A stretch of DNA of 63,986 nt, filler included, from Reticulomyxa filosa (lineage: Eukaryota > Protista > Foraminifera), in NCBI GenBank assembly GCA_000512085.1. It is 19 parts of 19 records of this genome, joined end to end, with 100 filler letters (N's around TTAATTAATTAA, not from the genome) between each part and the next. Parts side by side here need not be neighbours in the genome. Positions count along the whole stretch, not along the records: positions 23,288 to 29,958 come from ASPP01003809.1; positions 30,059 to 34,344 come from ASPP01005477.1; positions 34,445 to 39,139 come from ASPP01001513.1; 16 more parts are not named here. One strand, given 5' to 3'. Each line of letters begins with the position of its first letter. Position 1 is the stretch's first letter. The notes under the pieces are model-generated. The model saw nothing but the letters and a program-made list of their open reading frames with translations. It ran no database searches and had not been told where the DNA came from. Shown in pieces: positions 25,582 through 36,990 of the stretch. A program made the translations under genes and the position numbers.

Positions 25582-26705
25582 TATGACCAAACTTTGTCCG
25601 GATTTTGAACTGCCAACTCGTCCGCTTGGGGCGTATATACTTTTTTTTATTATACTAGCAGGGGTAGAAACATTTGTTTGCATATACGGCTTTTATCATT
25701 TGTGGAAGCCAAAGGACGTGCATCCGAGTCTCCAAATCACATGTTTGTTTTACCAGGCCATGATGTGGATAGTATTATGCATAGAGTGTTTGTACTTTGT
25801 TGGTTGCGGACAGAATTGGTGGTTGCATGAAGTCCCAACTTGTCAGACATTATTTTTTTTGCTGTCTTCAATATTAACTTTATTATAGGTGCTGGAGTAT
25901 TTTTTTGGTTAAAAAGATTAAGTTCGATAACACATATGTACACATTCATACATATGCATATATGCATATGATCTGCACATGTTATGTACATGCGCATATG
26001 CAGATGTACAAAATGTGCAAGCATGAATGTGTACATTGTCGATTGTGTGTGTCAGTGATCGTGTTTGAAAATTCATTATTCGGAATTAAAAAACATCATC
26101 TTTGGGGAATGTATTTAGCAGGGATATTAGTAATGGCGATTGTGATCGGATTAAATGGTTGGTTTGCATCTGTCGCTGGATGCTTGCAATATTTCAAAAT
26201 GAAAGGTTTCGTAATATCTTCCTCTTCAAGTAGTGAGATAAATGGAGAATGAGTGTATTGGACATGTCGTCGCACTTCAGTACCTTTTAATGTAAGCAGT
26301 AGATTTGAAATTTGTGGTGTAATTATGATCAATATCATAATCGGCTATATGTATATTACCAGAATGATCCGGACTGCACGTGTGGCACACAAAAATGAAA
26401 AACTCGATCTTGCACATCTTGGAGGCAATCCATCCGAACATGAAATTTCAGAGAAAACAATGAAAATACTTATGCATGTTAAGAAATGTGGTATTATTGC
26501 TTTGACCAGTACCATTTGCTCTTTTTTTTGTTTCGTACTTACTTGGATCTCTAACATTGATTTTCTTATTTTTGCTGACTGTCTTTTCAATGGTATTTTG
26601 ATGCTGTGCAGCTTCACATTTGCTGAAAATATCTTTCAATTTTGTTTTGGTTGTTGTGATAAGCCGTCACAGATATTATTAAGCAGATTCATTAAAGACA
26701 CATAA
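25582..26705 (+). pseudogene. Multi-pass (about 7TM, GPCR-like) membrane protein with one poly-T frameshift and an in-frame TGA
   Basis: About 7 hydrophobic segments across ORFs 25523-25888, 25905-26252 and 26253-26705. The last two are in the same frame, separated only by TGA at 26250-26252. TA/CA-rich intron at about 25922-26055. Confidence 0.55.
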
Positions 26706-27659
26706 TTTTTGTTTTAAAATTTTGATCAGAACCAAGTCTTTGAATATTCTATAAAAAGAGCAATCTCGGAAATAATATCATTTCTTTATGTGTTCAAAAG
26801 AAGATTTGAATATAATATAAGACACATAGTACTTGTGGAAAAATAAATTCGATTATTACTTTTTTTAGTAAAAAAATTTTTGGTTGAGGTGTTAGTCTTA
26901 CGCTTTTCAGGAATGGTCAGTCAAAATATTTGTGAATAATGGAACTTTGCCAATACATTTTACGAACACTTAGCAAGCTCCTATTATACAAAAGGTATTA
27001 CAGGAAGACGTTAGGAAACATGAACGTAAATGTTGCTGTTACTTTTTACTATTTCGGAAGGGCTTGACAATATTTAGAAAAAACACGGAAGATATCCCGT
27101 GTATTATTGGGAGAATAGGGTAGAGTGACATCTTGTTTAAAAAGAGATGCAGAACGACGAGTAAACTAGAAAAAAACTTGTTTACTTTTTAGAATTTACA
27201 TTGATTGAAAGAATATTATTGCACTAATCGTTTATTAATTCAATAACATAATCTACAAAACCAATCTTTACAAAAAATAAAATATTTCTTGACATTTGCT
27301 TGACGGTGATTAATTTAGTCCAACAGAACAAAAAACAGTGTCGTGTACACTAGAGATTGCCATATCAGTTCAATATATTATTTCCGTATGTTTTTGGCCT
27401 CGGTTGAAAAAATTTGATGGAAGCATTCAGACGTGATATTTACAATAGATTAAAGTTGTGACAGAAAAAAGATCAATAAACAAAGCTTAAGGATTATACT
27501 TTTGATGTATATATTCTTTTTTCTAAAAAAGTTAAGTTCAATTTTTTTTTTTGGCAGTCATAAATAACAACAATAAAAGACTGTCCATATCAGCATAAGA
27601 GATATTTTCAGAATCTCGTTTTGTAATCCATTGTAAATTTATAATTTTAAATGATTGCA

Positions 27660-29179
27660 CTATTTGCTTAATACTTTGGCTTTTGCTTTAACTGTCAAAG
27701 TTTTTTTTTCGAATTGGCCCAACACAACACTATATATCCTCCATGCTTCTTCATAATATTTATAAGCTGTTTTTATTTCGCCATTAGTTTCAAACACCAT
27801 TGCTAAATTACAAATTACATCAGCAACTAATCTATTCTTATTTCCAAAATGATGTTGTCGAATATGTAATGCCTTTTCATAACAGTTAATAGCTTGATTA
27901 TAATGTTTTCTCTTATTATAAGCAGTCCCCAAATTATTGTAAGATGTAGCGACATTAATATGATTAGTTCCAAATATATTCAACTCAATTGCTAATTGTT
28001 TTTCATAACAGTTAATTGCTTGTTCGTATTGATGTTTATGCATGTAAACAGCTCCTAAATGATCATAAGATGTAGCAATGTAAAAATGGTTATTTCCAAA
28101 AATATTTAATCTAATATTTAGTGATGTTTCATAATATTCAATTGCTTTATCATATATTTTTTTTTGTAATAAACAACGCCCAAATTATGATAAGCCGTAG
28201 AAACATCATTATGATTCACTCCAAATAGTCGAATTCTAATATATAATGATTGCTCATAACACTCAATTGCTTTGTCATATTTTCCTTTTTTATCATAAGC
28301 AATTCCCAAATAATTTTTTGCATCAGCAATGTAAGGATGTTCAAATCCAAAAGTATCCGTAGAAATTTTTACAGCTTTTTTGCAGTGAGAAATTGCTTCA
28401 TTGAATTGTTTATTTTTTGAACATTTTCTCGATTGTTTAAATAAACGCTTCAATCGAACTGGGATTTCATAATGAAGGTTTGTATTCCATTGAATTGTTG
28501 AAATTGATAATCGCAATTTATTATCAATTATTGTATCTTTTGAAATAAAAAATTGTTGAAATGCAATTTCTATATTTTCATTTTCGTGTTGGCATTGAAG
28601 TTTGCAATTAACTGCATACACATTTCCATCAATATTTATATTATTCGGCAATATTACTAATTTACTTTTAATATTGTATATCCAAAATTCTCCAACTTTT
28701 TTCTTTTCAGTATTGTCATTTTTTATTAATGTAGTGAATAAATATAGATTATTGTCATCTTTATCTTGCATTTCAAATGTATCCTTTGATACTGTAATTA
28801 ATCCTTTTTCATTACTTTTTATCATTTTTTCGACCATTTTGCACGCTTTTACATTTGCTTTTCTCCAATTTGAGTCCCAGAATTTCTTAAAACCTAAACT
28901 ATTTATTATATTATTATCTGTCATTTCATCTTTTTTCTCTTCGTTGCGAATTCTATTCAAATTTGATACCCCTTTTGATTGATGTTTTTTAGTTTTTTCT
29001 TTTGGTAGTTGTTGAATGGGTTGATCTGCCTTCATGTCTTGATCACTATTGCTCTCTTGTTGATCAGTGTTACTGTCTTCACCTGTGCGTTCGTCTGTAA
29101 TTTCTCTTGACGGGGTAATCAGCGTTTCAAATGGAACTGTGTGAGGAAATAGCACTATTTTGTCGTCATCTTCATTCAT
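27660..29179 (-). CDS. TPR-repeat protein (kinesin-light-chain-type 42-aa TPRs) with lineage-specific N-terminal domain; poly-A frameshift at about 28160
   Basis: Repeats such as HPYIADAKNYLGIAYDKKGKYDKAIECYEQSLYIR and NHINVATSYNNLGTAY. The two ORFs join across an A-run. Confidence 0.85.
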
Positions 29180-29803
29180 TTCTACTGATCTTTTTTTAAT
29201 ACAATATTATTATTATTGGGATAGTTTTTCAAAGGGCAACCAAGCTCAAAAAAAGTTCTTTAAAATAAACCTTGTGTAATATGATTTTGGGACATTACTT
29301 TCAATGCAAAATTTTTATTGCGGTTCTACAGAATGTGTTATAATTTTTAAAAATTACATTTTTTCACGTTTCGTAAAAGAAAGAAGCCCCTGAAAAATCT
29401 TGGAACTTACACTCGAAGATTATAATCTCAATTTGTATGAGCATGTTAACACCACAAAGGTTGATATTAAAACATCACTAAGTTATCAATCCAAGGATAA
29501 TGCTAGAGACAGCGCAAATAACTTGCGTATTTAGCACTTTCTTTGGATTTTTCTGTTAGAAAATAATGATATGCTATACCAGAAGACAAACAATAAATAA
29601 TTCTATTGATTTTAAAAGGAATGAACCACGAAGAGAGAAGAACGTAGAAAAAATTAAAAAAGGGCAAGAAATTAATACGCCGTTTTTGGTAAAAATTCTA
29701 CGATGCGTTCTACTTTTTTAAAATTATATGAATCTGTCACAAAATATTTTGACTTTGTCAGATGACTCCTTTGTCAATACATAAAAAAAAAAAAAAAAAA
29801 TAG

Positions 29804-29902
29804 ACTGAAAAAAAAGTAAAAATGATTTTAAGACAATGGCATAGATTATCATTAATTAATCTTGGATGGATTGACGAGTTCAATAAGATCATTTCACGAT
29901 AT
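29804..29902 (+). CDS. Isolated HWIR-module exon of a truncated gene
   Basis: AG|TEKKVKMILRQWHRLSLINLGWIDEFNKIISRY|GT, 99 bp, phase 0-0. Confidence 0.7.
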
Positions 29903-29916
29903 GTTTCGTTTGTCAT

Positions 29917-29958
<42 letters not shown>

Positions 29959-30058
29959 NNNNNNNNNNNNNNNNNNNNNNNNNNNNNNNNNNNNNNNNNN
30001 NNTTAATTAATTAANNNNNNNNNNNNNNNNNNNNNNNNNNNNNNNNNNNNNNNNNNNN

Positions 30059-30098
<40 letters not shown>

Positions 30099-30287
30099 CT
30101 CCCTAAAATTAACCCTTATAAACATGAACGATTTTTTTTTTTTATTATCTTCTACACTTTCATTAAAAATCAAATGCATTTTTTGGATTTTCCACAAAGT
30201 CTCTCAAAAATGACGAAGATATTAGTTTAGCCGAATAATAGCGCAAGAGTTCTTTAAAATTCAAATATTTAAAATGATAAATTATGT

Positions 30288-31620
30288 TTATTGTTTACAC
30301 TTAAGCAAAATTTTTCCTTGCGTTTGGCCGGCTTCAATATATTCGTGGGCCTGTGCAACTTGTTGCAAAGAATAAATTTTGTCAATTTTGATTTTCAATT
30401 GATCATTGGCGATCCATTCAAATATTTCTTGAGCACGCCATAACAACTCTTCTCTGTCACGGAGATAATGCGCCAGCATTGGTCTGGTTACAAAGAGACT
30501 GCCCCCACGAGATAATTGAAGCAAATCAAGAGGAGGTACCGGACCAGATGCATTTCCAAAAAATACTGCCAATCCACGAACACGCAGTACTTCCAGGCTT
30601 GTCGAATAAGTGGATGCACCAACCCCATCATAAACGACAGAGACGCCTTGCCCTTTGATTTATTGGGGTAATATTTACTATTTCTTTCGACATACTTACA
30701 AAAAAATAAAAAAATATAAGGCGAAATACCATTGGTCGCTGTCTTGACTGCCTTTTTTAAATCATTATAGTGAACAGCATGATCCGCCCCAATTTGCAAC
30801 GCTACTTGCGCCTTTTCTGGAGTACTTGTTGTTGCGATCACCTATACATATTCAATTCATGCCGTGAAATGGTTGGTTACCGATAGCTTAACAGAAAGTA
30901 TCCAAATATTTACCTTGGCTTGCAAGATTTTTGCCACTTGGACCAAGCATTGACCTACACCACCTGCTGCTGCATGCACTATTTTTGGTTTGGCATAAAT
31001 GAGTGGTCAAAATTCATAGTTATTGCTTTTTTTTTTTTTTTGCAAGGTAATGTATATATGCCAATTGGGGATGCAAACTTACCAACACACCATTCCCCTT
31101 TTTGCAAAGGATATGTACTTCTCATCAAATAATGTGCGGTCATGCCTTGCACTAGACTTGCACCAGCAACATCCATTGAAATTTTTGATGGTATAGGAAC
31201 TGTTTTTTCTGCGTTAACGATTTTGTGCTGAGAATAACTTCCAATGTCGTAATATGCGACTTTATCCCCTTCTTTCAATTTATATTGCGACTTGGCTTTG
31301 GGAGTCACTTGCGCCACTGTACCGCACCCCTCCACTCCCAAGGTTTGTGGCAACGGTAATGGATATAATCCACTTCGGTGATAAGTGTCAATGAAATTCA
31401 ATCCTGCAAATTCATTTTCAATCAATACCTGACCATCTACCAATTCAGGGAATTTCACACTTTCATACTTTAATACATTGCTCGTGCCTACTTGGTGAAT
31501 CCTCACACAATTGGTCGTAATAGAAGATTTATGACGAACACTGATCTGGATCGGACTGACTAAACGCGTGGTAAAGCTATTATTCAGTTTAGGACGTACA
31601 CAATCTAAAAATTTCAACAT
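30288..31620 (-). CDS. qor: NADPH:quinone oxidoreductase (Qor/zeta-crystallin, MDR family), spliced, with probable mitochondrial presequence
   Basis: AGLNFIDTYHRSGLYP..LGVEG.G, GMTAHYL, VHAAAGGVG, FGNASGPVPP, GSLFVTRP.L, T.GKILL. The N-terminus is rich in R/S/K. Confidence 0.9.
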
Positions 31621-31879
31621 ATCTTATGCCTATGGCAGTAAAAGAGTTTTTGTTTAAAAAAAGTAGACCACTTTCTTGTTTTTTTTCTTTCAAGTAACAA
31701 AAAACTTTCACAAAAAGGTTCAAACTTTATGCTGATATTGAAATTACAAAAAGGATTTCATTGAAAAAGAAAAACATTATAATGAATTTATCAAAGCATT
31801 GTAAGAAAAGAATGACAAACTTTTTAATAAGTAAAAAGATAATGACAATATTAAATATTCTTACAATTTTTCTTTTGCT

Positions 31880-32470
31880 TTATTTTGTTCATCATTCAAA
31901 TTATTCAATTTAGCGGACATACTAATGTTGTGTAGTATTGATTACCATATATTCGATGATTGTCAATATCTTTGTTCTGGATCAGGTAATAGAATAGTTT
32001 GTATATGATATATAGAAACAACCAAACAAATTCAATTATTCAATGGATATTCAAATCATGTTTATTGTGTAAAATTTTCATCATATTATTATATTATCAT
32101 CACTATAAGATAAATAATTGTTGTCATATTGTTTGTTCTTCATCATTTGATAAAACTATTTGTTTTTGGATTTTGAAACATCCAAAGAATTCCAAATATT
32201 AAATGGGCGGAATTACATTCTTACTATTTAATAATGATCGATATTTATGTTTTGGATCTGGTGATACTATTATTTGTTTATGGGATGTTGAAATATTTAA
32301 ATCATTACATATTTTAGTGGACATAAAGATGGTATTTGGTGTATGGAATTTTTATCATTACAAATTAATAACAATAAAAGTAATAGTGTTAGTGTAATTG
32401 ATGGTAATGGATACTATATTTGTTCTGGATCATTTGATTGTGATATTCGTTTATGGGATGTTGAAAAACT
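31880..32470 (+). pseudogene. Degenerate WD40 family gene
   Basis: Recognisable family segments ([39 protein letters not shown]) spread over several frames with stops and deletions. Confidence 0.8.
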
Positions 32471-33486
32471 CATTTCAAAAACAACACAGTCTTTATTCTT
32501 AAAATAATGAGTGACAAAATGGCAGAAATTGAAATTAGCAACATTTTGTCAACGTTAGTGTGAGCACATGTTGGTAACACATTGAATGTATATTTGATTG
32601 GATCACAAAGTGATATGCTGTCAATACCACAGATAAAGTATTTTAAAAAAAGTGAAAAAGAAAAAGTTTGATCCAGGAGGCGCCCTTTGGCTCATGGAAT
32701 ACATTATTTCTTTTTGATTTTTTTTTTCCGAATTACCAACAAAAAAATTTGATTGATAAATATTCTTTTCATATTGGAAAGTCAGAACGTTAGAACAGTT
32801 TTTTTTATTGAATGTGAGGTGATAAAATTTGTTTTTTGAGTTATATAAATGTCTCACCTTTAAAAGAATAAAAGATACAAAAAACTTACAGTAAAAAAAC
32901 TTGATGTGAATTGGAATAGAAGGACTTTTTCATACAAACGCATTTTGTTTTGTCATGATATTTTGTAACGCAATTGTGACTTTTTGATCATATTACTTCA
33001 AAAGTAGCGTTCGTTTAGTAGTTTAAAAGTTTAAAACTTTATTTACAAAACAATAATTAGAATATACATTTGCATTCTGTAATGGAGTTGCTGAATCGCA
33101 TAAGAAAAATTGGAAAAATTCAACGAATTGCAATATGCAGTCCTGAAATAGATTTTTTTTCAATGTTTAGTGTTTCTTTCGTTTTGATACTTATTGCTTA
33201 TGGTTAACATTGATAAATATCAAACATAAAAAATAACATTTTTTATTTTTTTTTGTGAGAAAACTGTTTATAGTTTAGTTTTAAAAAGTGACAGAATTAC
33301 AATTGAACAGCATAAAAATGAAAACAAAACTGTCGTCCGTCTTACGTATACTGAAAAATTTTCCCATAATTATAATGTGTTCATTCCAATCAAATATACA
33401 AGCAAAAAAATGGTACTTACTCAAGTAAAAAAAAACCAACACAACAAAAAAATTCCAAAATAACTATTTTTCATAGAGAAAAAGAC

Positions 33487-34344
33487 TCAAAAAGTTCCAC
33501 CATGTTGCTCTACAACTGACATCTGCAAAAGAGTTACACCTTTTGCATCTTTCCAAGTACTGCCCTTCAATGACAAACCAGTTATTTGAACACCACCTTG
33601 CCAAATGCATTTCCACAAAGACTTTTTATCTTGCAAATCTGATAATCTTCTGTTATCCACAGAAAAACGAGCGAAAATTGAATTACTCGAAACAGCAGAC
33701 ATGTCTGCAACACGAACGGAAGACGAATCATGCAAAGGAATGGTTTCATCATATGAATCGGATAAAATTCTGTTAACATCAGGTGAAAATTGAACAGAAT
33801 TAACATCATCTGAATGACCTCCTAAAGATTGAATTTGCTTTCCAGATGATACATCCCATAACCGAATGGTGTTATCATCTGAACCAGATAAAATTCTGTT
33901 ACCATCAGGTGAAAATTGAACAGAAGTAACACGATCTGAATGACCTTCTAAAGATTGAATTTGTTTTCCAGATGATGCATCCCATAATCGAATGGTTTTA
34001 TCACTTGAACCAGATACAATTCTGTTACCATCTGGTGAAAAATGAACAGAAGTAATAAAATCTGAATGACCTTTTAAAGATTGAATTTGTTTTCCAGATG
34101 ATGCATCCCACAATCGAATGGTTTCATCACCTGAGCTAGATACTATTTTGTTACCATCAGGTGAAAATTGAACCGAAGAAATAAAATCTGAATGACCTTC
34201 TAAAGATTGAATTTGTTTTCCAGATGTTGCATCCCACAATCGAATGGTTTTATCACCTGAACTAGATAAAATTCTGTTACCATCAGGTGAAAATTGAACC
34301 GAAGTAACAACATCTGAATGACCTTCTAAAGATTGAATTTGTTT
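33487..34344 (-). CDS. C-terminal part of an NWD/HET-E-like WD40 protein with near-identical repeats, 5'-partial
   Basis: 42-aa units [37 protein letters not shown]. The C-terminal [24 protein letters not shown] motif resembles NACHT/NB-ARC-WD40 tails. Confidence 0.85.
   Translation of the reverse strand, partial: KQIQSLEGHSDVVTSVQFSPDGNRILSSSGDKTIRLWDATSGKQIQSLEGHSDFISSVQFSPDGNKIVSSSGDETIRLWDASSGKQIQSLKGHSDFITSVHFSPDGNRIVSGSSDKTIRLWDASSGKQIQSLEGHSDRVTSVQFSPDGNRILSGSDDNTIRLWDVSSGKQIQSLGGHSDDVNSVQFSPDVNRILSDSYDETIPLHDSSSVRVADMSAVSSNSIFARFSVDNRRLSDLQDKKSLWKCIWQGGVQITGLSLKGSTWKDAKGVTLLQMSVVEQHGGTF
33760..34344. repeat. Tandem 126-bp repeat (more than 4.5 units), high nucleotide identity
   Basis: aaagattgaatttg recurs at about 33823, 33950, 34076, 34202 and 34328. 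Confidence 0.9.
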
Positions 34345-34779
34345 NNNNNNNNNNNNNNNNNNNNNNNNNNNNNNNNNNNNNNNNNNNNTTAATTAATTAA
34401 NNNNNNNNNNNNNNNNNNNNNNNNNNNNNNNNNNNNNNNNNNNNGACTCATTGCATTTATCAGTCAAAAACCTTTTTTTTTGTTTTTGTTGTGATAATTA
34501 TCAACAAAAGTAAAATTAAATTTTTTCATGTTTCTGTTGCATTTAACTGAAAAGGAAAGTGACTGTTTTTGGATGACATTTGTTAGCTATTACAACTTTT
34601 TCATAAATTTATTTGCGTTTTTTTTAGGTTGTACTATGCCTCGTTGTGGCAGTCATTATCATCATCCTAAAAAAAAAGTGTTTATTGATTAGAATAAATA
34701 TAAGCATTAGCTTTTCAAAATAAAAAACGAAAGTTAAATTAAAAACAAAAAACAAATATAACCAAACTTTTGTTACTTT

Positions 34780-36990
34780 TCAATTTTTAGCCAATTAAGA
34801 AAATTATTTGCAAACATTTTTGCACAGTGGGTATCTGATGTTGCGCCCAGCCCACTGAGTCTTTGTTCAAGTCAGACGGTATATTGTTGATGCAACTTGT
34901 GCCTATAGTCATATTTTCGGCGCCTTTCATCTTCATCGCAAATTGATCATTTACGATTCTATCAATTCAATTACGTTTCTTTGCATTCGTTGCAAATTTT
35001 GCATTTGTTGTATGTACTGCGTTTGCTGTACTTGTTGCATTTGTAGCATTTGTTGTATTTGTTCATCCAGTCCTTGTTGAATGTTCGAAGATGGATATAT
35101 CTTGTCTTCATTCAAATCTGATTTATGTTTTTTTTTGTTGGTATCAAAACTCGAGTTTTTTTGTGCAGCCACTATTCCTTCTTCCTCCATTTCACCAAAA
35201 TTTCGTTTTTTTGGTATATTTTTCTCGAACGAACTATCATTTTTTTTTTATAGATTGTAATTATTATTTTCATGTTCACAACATCTTTGTTGTTAGTGTG
35301 ATTGCCTATATAAATAACGATAATTGCATAAGATTATCATCTCTTGATAACATTGTACGAGCTTCTATTATAATATCTTTACAAACTCCAATTTGTGAAA
35401 GTTTCAAACCAAAGTCCAAATGCTCATTTCTTGTTTTCCAAAAATTAAAATAGCTAATATAATGTGTAAATATAGTTGCTGATGTTTCAGCAAATCAAGT
35501 AAGCACTCTTGGGAATTTTAATGATTTTTTCTGTGTCATCGTGACCAATAACAAAACTACGCACCTTTTTGCATTCGTCGTCATTGCAAGGGCAAAAAAT
35601 ATATTTGCCGCACAAATTTTTATCGTCTAAAGGTGCGATACATTTCTCTTCAATTAAACGAAGAAGTGTATATATTGCCTCGTTGGAATATTAGTGTTAT
35701 TAAGCATATGATGCCAAGCGAATTGTGATAAGTACGAAAAGCAGACAATATGTTTTGAAGCAATGAAATTACTTTGATAAAGCCATCAATACTCGAAAAC
35801 GAGTTTTTACATCTATTAGCGATATAATTGTTTTAGTCTTACATAAAGATAATTTTTATCTTAAAAATAAAACAAGCACAAAAGTAAATACTGCAGCGAA
35901 AACAATGACATTATTGACAATTTAATTGTGACATAAGTCAACATTTTGATTCAAACAAATAAAGTAAAGATATAGAAACTTAATAAAGAAAATGGATTAT
36001 TTAGAATCAAACTTGTGCTTTTGAACAACAGAAAAAAAAGATATTGTGTTTCTAGAATTTGCTAAAGTGGCAATGTTGTTGCCTAATGAAAACTTTCGTG
36101 TGATATCGCTGTGATTGCCACTGTTTGTCTAAAAGATATTATTATGGAAAAGGTCAAATGGAAAAAAATCAAGTACTATTATATAGTGGTGATCCACGCG
36201 ATCGTTTCGTTACATTATCTGACTCCACGTTATTTTATAGTAGCAACTGAAAAATCTAGTATTCAGATTTTCCGTTTCAATGTCGCATATCACTGCTAAC
36301 AATATTACCACAATTATAAAATAGTATAAACCATTGCAAAAAAGATAGTATGTTAGATGAAAATCATTCAATTAGTGATAATAGTTCAGATAATATTGTC
36401 AATTTGAATAAATAACTTCAAAAGAAAAGATTTAACAAAATTTTATGCCAGATAATCGTTTAATTGTTTATGATAGTTCATATGATAATATTGAAAAATT
36501 GAATCCAGATACAAAAGTAAACAATAAAAAAAAACGAAAATTATCGAATATTGTCTAACATTACGACTTGTTGTTTGTTGTCTGCATGCAGATATTTTCA
36601 TTGGAGCTTCTTTGAAAAGATCCATTTCTAAACTTTCCAATAGCAAAGAATTTTTATTTATTTTCCAGTGTAATGTTTTAAATATTGAGAAAAAATTTGT
36701 CCAGATTTGCGATTAAATTTAGAAATAAATTTTGTAAATTTTGTTCTTTGTTCGTTGTCACTACGACCAATAGCAAATGCACGTATTCTTTGTCAATCTT
36801 GATTATTGCATGGACAAAAGATAAAGTTTCCACATACACGATTCTCATACAAGATCGCATTACACTTTGCAGCAGCTAATTTTGTTAATGCAAATGCTGC
36901 ATCATCATCAAATTTTTTTTAGTATAACATAATGTGAATATAATCACTATGTAATTTTCGCAATGTTGCATCCAAATTTCTCTGATCATA
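34780..36990 (-). pseudogene. Disrupted gene(s) with a duplicated Cys-rich domain and a Gln-rich tail
   Basis: Two homologous blocks: KCNAILYENRVCGNFIFCPCNNQD*QRIRAFAIG (about 36870-36765) and KCIAPLDDKNLCGKYIFCPCNDDECKKVRSFVIG (about 35645-35545). Multiple stops. Boundaries approximate. Confidence 0.5.

Noticed and set aside
22850-28170. Programmed frameshifting in VPS18 (about 22855), the 7TM gene (about 25855) and the TPR gene (about 28160)
   Set aside because: All three shifts fall in T/A homopolymers with no visible stimulatory structure, so sequencing error is far more parsimonious.
11304-36795. Alternative genetic code with TGA as sense
   Set aside because: TGA terminates conserved proteins at their expected ends (fumarase, URC4 SDGTVF*), and long intact genes contain no internal TGA.
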